Source of the DNA: a virus
Strand: one strand, 5' to 3'
Length of the DNA stretch: 64,000 bases
Virus record (IMG/VR): IMGVR_UViG_3300028800_000074
Span: 1 to 64,000 of that record
Shown here: one piece after another, positions 35,941 through 44,371 of the stretch
How positions within the stretch are numbered: the stretch's first letter is position 1
Layout of the letters: each line of letters starts with the position of its first letter
Program-made: the position numbers and the translations under genes
Notes under the pieces: model-generated
What the model was told of the DNA's origin: nothing
Database searches by the model: none
What the model saw: only the letters and a program-made list of their open reading frames with translations

Positions 35941-38397
35941 ATGCGTCGACCTGTCGGGTTCGCCCGAGCGCTTGCGCTCGACGACTTCAATGCGGCTGAG
36001 CCTCGCGCCAACAATGGCCAGTGGGCAGCGGCTCCGGGCGGGGGCTTCACGCTCAGGCCAGACGCGGCCAGTGCCGCTACCCGTTACAGAAGGGCAACGG
36101 AGCGAGCGCAGTCTGCTCTGCCTGACGACGACGAATATCAGCGTCTTCTGGAGCAGGGGCGGAAGCTCGAAGGCCTGAAGGCCGCCGTCCGCGATCCCCT
36201 GACCGGGAAGATCATGACCGGGCGTGATCACAACGCGGCGTTCTACTCGCACGATAAGGATGCGCAGGCGCGCATCAAGGCGACACTGACGCCCGGACGA
36301 GACCCGGTGACGAACGTCGCGACCAATAGGTGGAACTACGAAGGGCCAAACGTCGGCTTTACTCGTGGTGGATCATTTTTCTCGCGTCAGCAGGTCGAGG
36401 ACATGCTTAAGGCGCGCGATGATCAGGATTTATCCGAAGCGCTTCACGGTGCCTCCTACGAGGATGTGCGCTCGAAGCGCAGTTCAATCGCCAGCACCAT
36501 CGCCCGCTTCCATAATCGTGAGGGCGGAGAACCCATGTTCGGTGGAGATCGAAGGAAAGTGTTCGCGCACGACGCAATCGATGCAGAGATGGCGTTCGAT
36601 GAAGCCCAGACCACGCGATCTTATGATCCGTTCGGTCGGCTCAACCTCGACCTGACGCCGATCTCGAAGGCGACCGTCAATCCATATCAGGGGAAGGAAA
36701 TCCCCGACTGGCAGAAGCTCAAGCTTGACCCCGAAAAGGTCTACATGCTGCTTCGCCATCCCGACGAACTGAAGCGCGCAGCCGCGAGCTTCAACAATGT
36801 GCCGCTGCTCTATCGTCACAAGCCGACGAGCGCCGAGAACCATCCACGCGATCTCGTTGTGGGGACGACCGGCGAGCGCGCAGTTTATCAGCACCCCTAC
36901 CTCTACAACTCGATGTCCGTCTGGGACGACAACGACGGCATCGAGGGCATCGAGAACAACAAGGCTCGCGCTCTCTCGTGTGGCTACGCCTATGACCCGG
37001 ACATGAGGCCGGGCGTCTACGAGGGGCAGCGTTACGACGGCGTGATGCGCAACATCAGGGGCAATCACGTCATCCTCACAAAGGAAGGCCGCGCCGGGCC
37101 GGACATCATCGTTGGCGACTCAATGGAGAACCTCAACATGGCAACTGCACCGAAGCTTTCTCCGGTGGCATTGGTCGCTCGAAGGGCGGTCAGGCAGCAC
37201 CTTACGCCGCTCATGGCGGCCGACGCGGCGATTGACATCACGCCCGCCTTCGTCGGCCTCAAGCAGCTCGACGAGCGATCCCAGCAGATCGTTCACGCGC
37301 GGGTCGGCCAGCTCGTGCGCGGCAAGCTCAACGCGGCGCTGGCGATGGACGATGTGAGCGCCGGGCTCCGTGCGCTGCTCGAAGCGCTTGGCGGAGGCGG
37401 CGAGCCCGACATGGGCGGCGGCGTCGACGACGTCTCCCCTCCCGGGACCGAGGCCGAGGGCATGCCCGAGACCGACCTCGCGACCGGCGCAGAGCCGGAC
37501 ACGATGCAGCTCGAAACCGACGCCGCTCCCCCGGAGGATACCTCTGGCGGCAACGACCCGCCTCCGATGCAGGGCGCTGGCGGCGATCCGGCTGCGATGG
37601 AGCAGGCGGGTCCGGCACCGCAGGGCGGCGAAGGCGCGGCAGGACCGATTGAGAAGGTCCGCAGCTACCTCATGACCGTCCTGAACCCCGCCGAGATGCA
37701 GCATCTCGAACTCCTCATCTCCGAAGTCGACAGCGGCGACGGAGGGGAGCCGGACCCGACCATGCAGGCGGGAGGCTCAGAGAAGCCCGGTGGCGGCCAT
37801 CCGCCGATGGCCGGTGCTGGTGGACCTCCCGGCCCCGACAAGGGCGCTGGCGGGCCTCCTATGGCCGCTGGCGGCCCTCCCAAGCCTCCCGGCGCTGGCG
37901 GACCTCCGCCGAAGCCCGGCGCGGGTGGGCCTCCCGATCCCAAGAAGCAAACCGGGGATAACCCCCCTCGAACCGCAGGAACGCCGCAGGTCGGCGGAAA
38001 GGACAGAAACATGGCAGGTGATCAGGCCTTCGTCAGCCGGGCCGACCTTCAGGCTGCGCTCGCGGCGAACGACAAGCTCCATCGTGAGCGTGCGGAAGCC
38101 CGGGCTTTCATCCGACCGTTTGTCGGGGAACTCACCGGGCTCGCGATGGACGCGGCTCCGAACGACGTCATCAAGGCCGCGCTCAAGATCAAGGGCATGT
38201 CCGACGCCGACCTGAAGCCAATTCAGGACACGGCCGCGCTCAAGCTCCTGCTCGGCGCTCAGTCGAAGGCCGAAGCGTCGCGTGAGAGAGCGCCCCGCAT
38301 GGCGCTCGATTCGAAGGCGACGTCGAAGGACGAGCCCTTCAGCATCGAGGCCGTCACCGGTCTCAAGAACTTCGGAAGGATCGGACGCGCGGCCTAA
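35941..38397 (+). CDS. DUF2213 prohead protease-scaffold fusion with N-terminal extension
   Basis: ISKATVNPYQGKEIP, LSCGY.Y, GNHVILTKEGRAG; Pro/Gly-rich scaffold region; about 216 extra N-terminal residues. Confidence 0.9.
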   Translation: MRRPVGFARALALDDFNAAEPRANNGQWAAAPGGGFTLRPDAASAATRYRRATERAQSALPDDDEYQRLLEQGRKLEGLKAAVRDPLTGKIMTGRDHNAAFYSHDKDAQARIKATLTPGRDPVTNVATNRWNYEGPNVGFTRGGSFFSRQQVEDMLKARDDQDLSEALHGASYEDVRSKRSSIASTIARFHNREGGEPMFGGDRRKVFAHDAIDAEMAFDEAQTTRSYDPFGRLNLDLTPISKATVNPYQGKEIPDWQKLKLDPEKVYMLLRHPDELKRAAASFNNVPLLYRHKPTSAENHPRDLVVGTTGERAVYQHPYLYNSMSVWDDNDGIEGIENNKARALSCGYAYDPDMRPGVYEGQRYDGVMRNIRGNHVILTKEGRAGPDIIVGDSMENLNMATAPKLSPVALVARRAVRQHLTPLMAADAAIDITPAFVGLKQLDERSQQIVHARVGQLVRGKLNAALAMDDVSAGLRALLEALGGGGEPDMGGGVDDVSPPGTEAEGMPETDLATGAEPDTMQLETDAAPPEDTSGGNDPPPMQGAGGDPAAMEQAGPAPQGGEGAAGPIEKVRSYLMTVLNPAEMQHLELLISEVDSGDGGEPDPTMQAGGSEKPGGGHPPMAGAGGPPGPDKGAGGPPMAAGGPPKPPGAGGPPPKPGAGGPPDPKKQTGDNPPRTAGTPQVGGKDRNMAGDQAFVSRADLQAALAANDKLHRERAEARAFIRPFVGELTGLAMDAAPNDVIKAALKIKGMSDADLKPIQDTAALKLLLGAQSKAEASRERAPRMALDSKATSKDEPFSIEAVTGLKNFGRIGRAA

Positions 38398-38446
38398 GCG
38401 CGTCCATTTCGTCCGCCCCTCAAACTCAGCATAGAGGAGAGACCCG

Positions 38447-39415
38447 ATGTCGGGCTTCCAGACCCAAGTCAATATCCAGCCCGCACTGGGTGTCGCGGGC
38501 GACTTTTGCAGCGCCAACACCCACAACACCTTCCAGTCCGGCGCAGGCGGCCTCGTCGCGGGCCCGGCTGGCGTGACCGTCGCCGCGTTCGCGTGGGTGA
38601 CCTATCAGACGACGGATGACGCCTACGCTCCGGGCACGGTCAACAGCTTCGGCTTTGGACCACCGAGCGGCTTCATCCATCGCGAGATGCAGTCGCTGAA
38701 CACCGTCTATCCGCCTTACGTCACCCCGGCTGGCGACAACACGATCCCGTCTGGCTTCCAGATCGGCTCGCTGTTCCGCTCCGGCGACTTCTTCATGACG
38801 AACAACGGGACCACGCAGGCGCAGCCGGGCCAGACGGCCTATGCGTTCCTCGCGACCGGCCTCGTCCGCTTCGGCTCGGCGAACACCACGACGTCGTCGA
38901 CGACCTCGACCGTCTCGGCGCAGACCTTCAGCGTCACCGCGACGCTGAACAACAACATCATGACCGTCTCGAACGTCAGCTCGGGCTCGATCTACGCGGG
39001 CGCGACCATCTCGGGTTCGGGCGTGATCGGGTGCCAGATCGTCGGTCAGGTGACCCCGCTACTCGCGGGCGAGACCCTCGCTGGCGTCGGCCGCTACTAC
39101 GTCAGCGCGGCCGAGCAGAACGTCGCCGTCGGCGTCACCGTCTCGGGCACCTACGGGTTGCTCACGCTCGGCGGCGCTCCAGCCACGCCGATCCCGATTG
39201 GCGCGTTCGTGAGCGGCGGCACCGTCGGCAACCCCTGCTATGTCCGGCAGCTCATCTCGGGCACGGGCGGCGCGGGCTCGACCTACTCGGTCGACAACAA
39301 CACCGTCTCTTCGTCGGCCACGCTCACCTTCACGCTCGACGTGGCGACGAGCTGGGTTGCGGACTCGGCGGGAGCGCCCGGCGAAGTCGTCAAGACCCGC
39401 TGCCTGATCCCGTAA
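38447..39415 (+). CDS. head cement/decoration protein
   Basis: MSGFQTQVN.QPA.GVAGDF.S.N, GFIHRE.Q, GDFF; lies between protease and capsid genes. Confidence 0.85.
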   Translation: MSGFQTQVNIQPALGVAGDFCSANTHNTFQSGAGGLVAGPAGVTVAAFAWVTYQTTDDAYAPGTVNSFGFGPPSGFIHREMQSLNTVYPPYVTPAGDNTIPSGFQIGSLFRSGDFFMTNNGTTQAQPGQTAYAFLATGLVRFGSANTTTSSTTSTVSAQTFSVTATLNNNIMTVSNVSSGSIYAGATISGSGVIGCQIVGQVTPLLAGETLAGVGRYYVSAAEQNVAVGVTVSGTYGLLTLGGAPATPIPIGAFVSGGTVGNPCYVRQLISGTGGAGSTYSVDNNTVSSSATLTFTLDVATSWVADSAGAPGEVVKTRCLIP

Positions 39416-39471
39416 GGCGGCTGACACAACCATAAAGCCCAAGCGGCTAACCTCTGTAGGAGAACCCTCAC

Positions 39472-40575
39472 ATGACCGTTCACATGAACCCGCAAGAGGC
39501 ACGCGCCGCTTGGGCTCTGCATGCGCCCGAGTTCGCTCGCCTCGGTTTTATCGCGCCGGAAATCCAGTCCTACTACCCCTCTGGGATGAAGGAAGACTGG
39601 ACGCTGGCGTTCGACGCGCAGCCTTCGCTCCAGTCCGACCCGAACTCGGCGCTGCCGGTGATGCTCACGACGATGATCGACCCAGAAGTCGTTCGCTTCG
39701 TCTTCGCGCCGACCGAGTTCGCCGACATCTGCGGCGAAGTCCGGAAGGGTACGTGGCTCGACGAGACGATCCTCTTCCCGGTCGTTGAACACACCGGCGA
39801 GGTCGCGCCCTACGGCGACGACTTCAACAGCGGCGCGTCCGGGGTCAACATGAACTGGCCCCCGAGGCAGAGCTACCTGTTCCAGATCATCAAGCAGTAC
39901 GGACAGCGTGCGCTTGAGCGGGCGGGGCTCGGCAAGATCGACTACGTGAGCGAGATCGACAAGGCTGCGGCCGACGTCGTGAACCGCTTCCACAACCTCG
40001 CCTACGCGTTCGGCATCCTAGGCCTCATCAACTACGGCATGTTGAACGACCCGGCGCTCCCGGCGTCGCTCACCCCGGGCGTCAAGGCGAACGGAAACGG
40101 CAACGTCTGGATTTTCAACAATCTGCCGAACGCCAGCGCCAACGAGGTCTACAACGACATCCTCGCCCTCTACCAGTCGCTCATCTCGCGCACCTACGGC
40201 CTCGTCAACAAGAAGTCGAAGCTGACGCTCGTGATGTCGCCGGGTTCCGAGATGGCGATGGACTTCGCCAACGGCTTCAACGTCCACACGAGCGACATCC
40301 TCGCGAAGGCGTTCCCGAACCTCACGATCAAGACCGCGCCGCAGTACGGCGTGCTCTCTGCGGCCAACCCGCAGGGGATCACCGGGGGCAACTTCGTGCA
40401 GCTCTTCGCCGAGGAGTTCGAGGGGACCAAGACCGTGATGGCCGCCTTCAACGAGAAGCAGCGCGCCTTCCCCATCATCAAGGAGATGTCGTCCTTCAAG
40501 CAGAAGGTCGCCTCCGGCGTGTGGGGCACCGTGATCCGACGGCCGCTCGCCGTCGCATCCATGATCGGGGTGTAA
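39472..40575 (+). CDS. major capsid protein (DUF2184)
   Basis: LAFDAQP.L, TTMIDP, GEVAPYGD, RQSYLFQ, YGMLNDP, GTVIRRPLAVASMIGV. Confidence 0.95.
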   Translation: MTVHMNPQEARAAWALHAPEFARLGFIAPEIQSYYPSGMKEDWTLAFDAQPSLQSDPNSALPVMLTTMIDPEVVRFVFAPTEFADICGEVRKGTWLDETILFPVVEHTGEVAPYGDDFNSGASGVNMNWPPRQSYLFQIIKQYGQRALERAGLGKIDYVSEIDKAAADVVNRFHNLAYAFGILGLINYGMLNDPALPASLTPGVKANGNGNVWIFNNLPNASANEVYNDILALYQSLISRTYGLVNKKSKLTLVMSPGSEMAMDFANGFNVHTSDILAKAFPNLTIKTAPQYGVLSAANPQGITGGNFVQLFAEEFEGTKTVMAAFNEKQRAFPIIKEMSSFKQKVASGVWGTVIRRPLAVASMIGV

Positions 40576-40644
40576 CCCCGGCCATATCGCACCGGGTCGG
40601 CGAGAGAGAGCGACCCAAACTTCCAAAACTGAAAGCAGGACATC

Positions 40645-41214
40645 ATGCCTCAAGCCGCAAGGCGGGAGCAGTCGATTGCGCACGCAGGCGCGACCGGCAC
40701 CGCCACCGTAACCGTCGCCTCGAAGCACCCGCAAGACATCGAGCTGCGGGTGATGGAGAAGTACACGCAGCGCGTCACCTATCAGTCGATGACTGTCGAC
40801 GAAGAGCACTGGCGCTCGAAGGGCCGACACTACGTCGTCAAGGGCAACTCGAAGCCGACGAACGGCAACTATCGAGCCCCGATTGCAGGCGGCTACGCGC
40901 TTACTCGCGGCATCCCGGCCGAGTTCTGGGATGAGTGGTGCAAGCAGAACGAGGGCAGTCCGCTGCTCAAGCCGGACGGCTTCGACGGCCAGCCTATCCT
41001 CCACGCTCTTGAGCGACCGCGCGAGGTCGCCGCATGGGCCAAGGATCACGCGTTCGTCCGCTCGAACATGGAGCCTATGTCGCCGGAGGACGATCCGCGC
41101 AACCCGAAGAACCCCTACGGCATCAAGGTCAAGCCGGACGAAGACGGCGGCAACGAGTTCTTCTTCGACGAAGAAGGCGAAGAAATCGCCGACAAGGCCG
41201 CGCGTCAGGCCTGA
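40645..41214 (+). CDS. conserved post-capsid hypothetical structural protein
   Basis: VTVASK.P, GGYALTRGIPAEFWDEW; synteny. Confidence 0.75.
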   Translation: MPQAARREQSIAHAGATGTATVTVASKHPQDIELRVMEKYTQRVTYQSMTVDEEHWRSKGRHYVVKGNSKPTNGNYRAPIAGGYALTRGIPAEFWDEWCKQNEGSPLLKPDGFDGQPILHALERPREVAAWAKDHAFVRSNMEPMSPEDDPRNPKNPYGIKVKPDEDGGNEFFFDEEGEEIADKAARQA

Positions 41215-41696
41215 TGGGCGTCGTCGTCCCGTCGTTCGACTATGCGGGGTGGGCTCTGGCCTACCCCGAACTCGCGCGTGCCGACGGCGTCTACCCAGAC
41301 GGCACGCCGTGGTCGATGAGCGACACTGTCGCGACCATGCTGTGGAAGGACGCCGGTCTGCCGGGCGGTTACTTCCGAAACGACGGCGGCGGCCGATGCA
41401 ACGACGTCGCCACGGCGGCGTCGATCCTCTTCAAGGTCACGGCGCATCTCGCGGCTCTGTGGATCAGACGGCAGCGAGACGTCGAGACCGGCTTCGTGGT
41501 CGGCAGGATCGCCTCAGGAGGCCAAGGAGGCGTGTCCGGCTCGATCCAGAACGATTATCCGCCCGGGACGCCGCAGTGGTGGCAGCAGACCTCCTACGGC
41601 TCTGACGCGTGGTCGCAGATGGCTCCATTCCGGGGCTTCGCCTACGTGCCCGGCCACAGTCGAAATATGAACCCTTGGTGGCCTTGGGCCTACTGA
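41214..41696 (+). CDS. DUF4054 head-tail adaptor
   Basis: FDY..W...YPE, TAHLAAL, VGRIASG..G.VS, WWQQTSYG. Confidence 0.88.
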   Translation: MGVVVPSFDYAGWALAYPELARADGVYPDGTPWSMSDTVATMLWKDAGLPGGYFRNDGGGRCNDVATAASILFKVTAHLAALWIRRQRDVETGFVVGRIASGGQGGVSGSIQNDYPPGTPQWWQQTSYGSDAWSQMAPFRGFAYVPGHSRNMNPWWPWAY

Positions 41697-41714
41697 CCGA
41701 AAGGAACATCGATC

Positions 41715-42347
41715 ATGAGCGGCGGACAATTCCCTTTCATCCCGACCATCCTCACGTCCATGGGCGACATGCCCCTCAACTTCCAGCCGTCGTTCAGTGC
41801 GACGCAGGTCGGCTCGGCCGCGCAGGGAGCTGCGAACTCGTCCGTGCGCGAGAGCGGCAACATGTATATCTACTCCGGCCCGACGATCTCGCCGACCGGC
41901 ACTGGCGGTGCCAAGGTCGTGGCCTTCTTCGCCATCCCGGCGAACGCCTTCGACATCGCAGGGCGCACGCTCACGCTTATGGCGAGCGGCGGCTTCGCGG
42001 TGAACGCGAACACGAAGGCCATCACCCTCGTCGTCACCGCGACGTTGCCGGTTCTCAATTCGAACGCTCCCTCCGGCACGACCATCGCCTCGACCGGCGC
42101 GGTGACGACGAGCGGCGCGGGATGGGCAATCGGCGCTCAGATCACGAAGTACGGCAACCCGGGCTCGAACACGCAGACCGCCGTCCACAATGCGGCGCAG
42201 TGCGGCGCGGCCGTCGAGGCGCTGACGCTTCCGTCGGCGCTGACCTTGAACGAGAGCGTGGTCAACTATGTCGCGGTCTGTCTCAACAACACGACCACGA
42301 ACACCGACTCGACCCTCGCCCTCTTCGAGGCGACGTGGAACAACTAA
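41715..42347 (+). CDS. beta-rich virion-associated protein
   Basis: 210-aa Ala/Thr/Gly-rich ORF in the neck region. Confidence 0.7.
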   Translation: MSGGQFPFIPTILTSMGDMPLNFQPSFSATQVGSAAQGAANSSVRESGNMYIYSGPTISPTGTGGAKVVAFFAIPANAFDIAGRTLTLMASGGFAVNANTKAITLVVTATLPVLNSNAPSGTTIASTGAVTTSGAGWAIGAQITKYGNPGSNTQTAVHNAAQCGAAVEALTLPSALTLNESVVNYVAVCLNNTTTNTDSTLALFEATWNN

Positions 42348-42410
42348 GGGACGTCGCGGGCTGGGTCTTCTTCGCCTTCATCGTCATCGGCCTCGCCCTT
42401 ATGTGGGTCC

Positions 42411-42857
42411 ATGGTTAAGGCGTCCGGTGGTGACCGTTGGCGTCACCGCATGGACGCCGTCAGGACCGCGCTAGAAGAGGCGAAGGCGGTCGACGTCGGC
42501 TTCATGCCCGGCGCGAAGTATCCAGACGGAACCCCGGTCGCGCTCGTCGCGGCGGTGCAGAACTTCGGCGCTCCGTCGCGTGGCATCCCTCCACGTCCCT
42601 TCTTCACCGAGATGATCCGAGAGCGCAGCGGCGAGTGGCCGCAGGCGATCAAGGAGTTCCTGAAGGTCGGCGACTTCAACACGAAGGACGCGCTGGAGCA
42701 CATGGGCGAGTTGATCAAGGGCGAGCTGCAACAGAAGATCAACACCTTCCAAGGCGTCCCGCTCGCGGCGGCGACGATCAAGAAGAAGGGCTTCGACAAG
42801 CAGCTCGTCGACACGTCGCACATGATCAACAGCGTCGACTATCAGGTGGTAAAATGA
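42411..42857 (+). CDS. neck / tail-completion protein
   Basis: VGF..GAKYPDGTPVA.VA..NFG..IPPRPFF, TIKKKGFDKQLVDT. Confidence 0.85.
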   Translation: MVKASGGDRWRHRMDAVRTALEEAKAVDVGFMPGAKYPDGTPVALVAAVQNFGAPSRGIPPRPFFTEMIRERSGEWPQAIKEFLKVGDFNTKDALEHMGELIKGELQQKINTFQGVPLAAATIKKKGFDKQLVDTSHMINSVDYQVVK

Positions 42858-43186
42858 ACGGTCGCATGCTCACTGACGGCTCACCGGTCCCAGAGGACGG
42901 ATCGCATATCGAGCTGAAGCCCAATGGCCAGCAGAAGGACTACATCGTCCTAACGCCGGAAGAGCGAGCGAAGGGGTTCGTTCGCCCTGTCCGCAGGAAG
43001 TACATCCACCTGAAGTGCGGCAGCGTGACGTCCATGGGGCCGTCCATCGCCGAGACCTATGCGCGTGATCCGCACTTCTACAGCGGAACCTTCTGCGTCG
43101 CGTGCGGCAAGCACTTCCCGGTCGGCCCTCTCGATATGGGCGGTGAGTTCGTCTGGGACGGCACCGAAGAGGCGGTCGGAACTTAA
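42854..43186 (+). CDS. Zn-finger hypothetical protein
   Basis: H.KCG..T.M...IAETYARDP.FY..TFCVAC.KHFP. Confidence 0.75.
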   Translation: MNGRMLTDGSPVPEDGSHIELKPNGQQKDYIVLTPEERAKGFVRPVRRKYIHLKCGSVTSMGPSIAETYARDPHFYSGTFCVACGKHFPVGPLDMGGEFVWDGTEEAVGT

Positions 43187-43615
43187 GTGGTCGACTTCGC
43201 CCTCGTAACCGCAGGCGTCGCCAGCGCCATCAATCCGCGCGAGACGGTGATGATCACGCCGTCGACCGGGCCGAGCGCGCCGAACACGGCAGCTCAGCGC
43301 ACGCCGACGTTCGGCACCCCGCGCAATGCTCAGGCTCAGTTTCAGCGCCTGTCGTACAACGATCTCCAGCAGATCGAGTCGTCCGGCATCAACATTCAAG
43401 GCGCTCGATTCAAGATCATCGTCCACGGGCCCATCGACGGCATCAACCGTTCGACCGGTCAGGGCGGCGATCTCGTCACGCGCATCCGCGTCGACCAGAC
43501 CGTGTGGAAGTGCGTGCTCGTCCTTGATCGCTTCTACGGCACGCATGGCGAGGTTCGCTGGACCTCGGCCGTGGTGACGCAGCAAGACGCCGCACCGGTC
43601 TTCCAGAACAACTGA
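43187..43615 (+). CDS. head-closure / head-tail joining protein
   Basis: AQ.Q.LS..DLQQ...NIQG, GINR..GQGGDL; synteny. Confidence 0.75.
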   Translation: MVDFALVTAGVASAINPRETVMITPSTGPSAPNTAAQRTPTFGTPRNAQAQFQRLSYNDLQQIESSGINIQGARFKIIVHGPIDGINRSTGQGGDLVTRIRVDQTVWKCVLVLDRFYGTHGEVRWTSAVVTQQDAAPVFQNN

Positions 43616-44352
43616 TGCTCCTTCCGTCGCCAAATCAGGTCACGGCGCAATCGGACATGGTCTCGTTTCTCGGGACGATGTTCTCGGGCGTCGAAGTGAT
43701 CGAAGGCCTCGACAATCGAGTGCCGGAGCCCGCTGGGTCAGACTTCATCGTCGTGACCCCGACCACGCGTCAGGCGCTCGGCTCGAACCTCGAAGTCTGG
43801 TCGGACGTCGTCTTCACCGCGACGATCTCCGGCAACACGCTCACCGTTTCGGCGGTCTCGTTCGGGACTATCGATCTCTCGAACAGCAATCAGCCTTCAC
43901 TGTGGGGCGTTGGGGTCGCCGATGCAACGCCGATCCTTTCACAGGTCAGCGGAACGCCGGGCGGCGTTGGCGTCTACACGCTCGGAGGATCGGCGCAGAC
44001 GGTCTCGACGCCGACCACCATGGCGGCCGGAGAGATCATTGTGATGCGCCCGATGGCGATCACGATGCAGCTCGACTTCCATACCGCCAACGTGACCGAC
44101 GCCGCCGATATGTCGGCCGCCTTCTCGGTCCTGTTCGGCACGCTGCAATCGACCGACGCTTTCAGAGGCTACGGCCACGGCGTCGGACCTCTCTACGCCG
44201 ACGACCCTCATCTCGCTCCGTTCGTCAACGCCGAACAGGAGTGGGAGCAACGATGGGTCGTCAACGCGACCGTTCAGGCCTTCCAGCAGGTCGAGTGGCC
44301 GCAACAGTTCATGTCTCAAGTTCAGGTGACGTTCGTCCGTGCGGGCGTCTGA
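43615..44352 (+). CDS. tail terminator protein with inserted beta module
   Basis: NRVPEP, QLDFH, PLYADDP...F.NAEQEWEQRW. Confidence 0.8.
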   Translation: MLLPSPNQVTAQSDMVSFLGTMFSGVEVIEGLDNRVPEPAGSDFIVVTPTTRQALGSNLEVWSDVVFTATISGNTLTVSAVSFGTIDLSNSNQPSLWGVGVADATPILSQVSGTPGGVGVYTLGGSAQTVSTPTTMAAGEIIVMRPMAITMQLDFHTANVTDAADMSAAFSVLFGTLQSTDAFRGYGHGVGPLYADDPHLAPFVNAEQEWEQRWVVNATVQAFQQVEWPQQFMSQVQVTFVRAGV

Positions 44353-44371
44353 GCGATAGGAGAGCCGAAAA

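Noticed and set aside
37780-37950. Short GGCGGnCCTCC repeats resembling an array
   Set aside because: They encode GAGGPP repeats of the scaffold; no constant repeat-spacer periodicity, so not CRISPR
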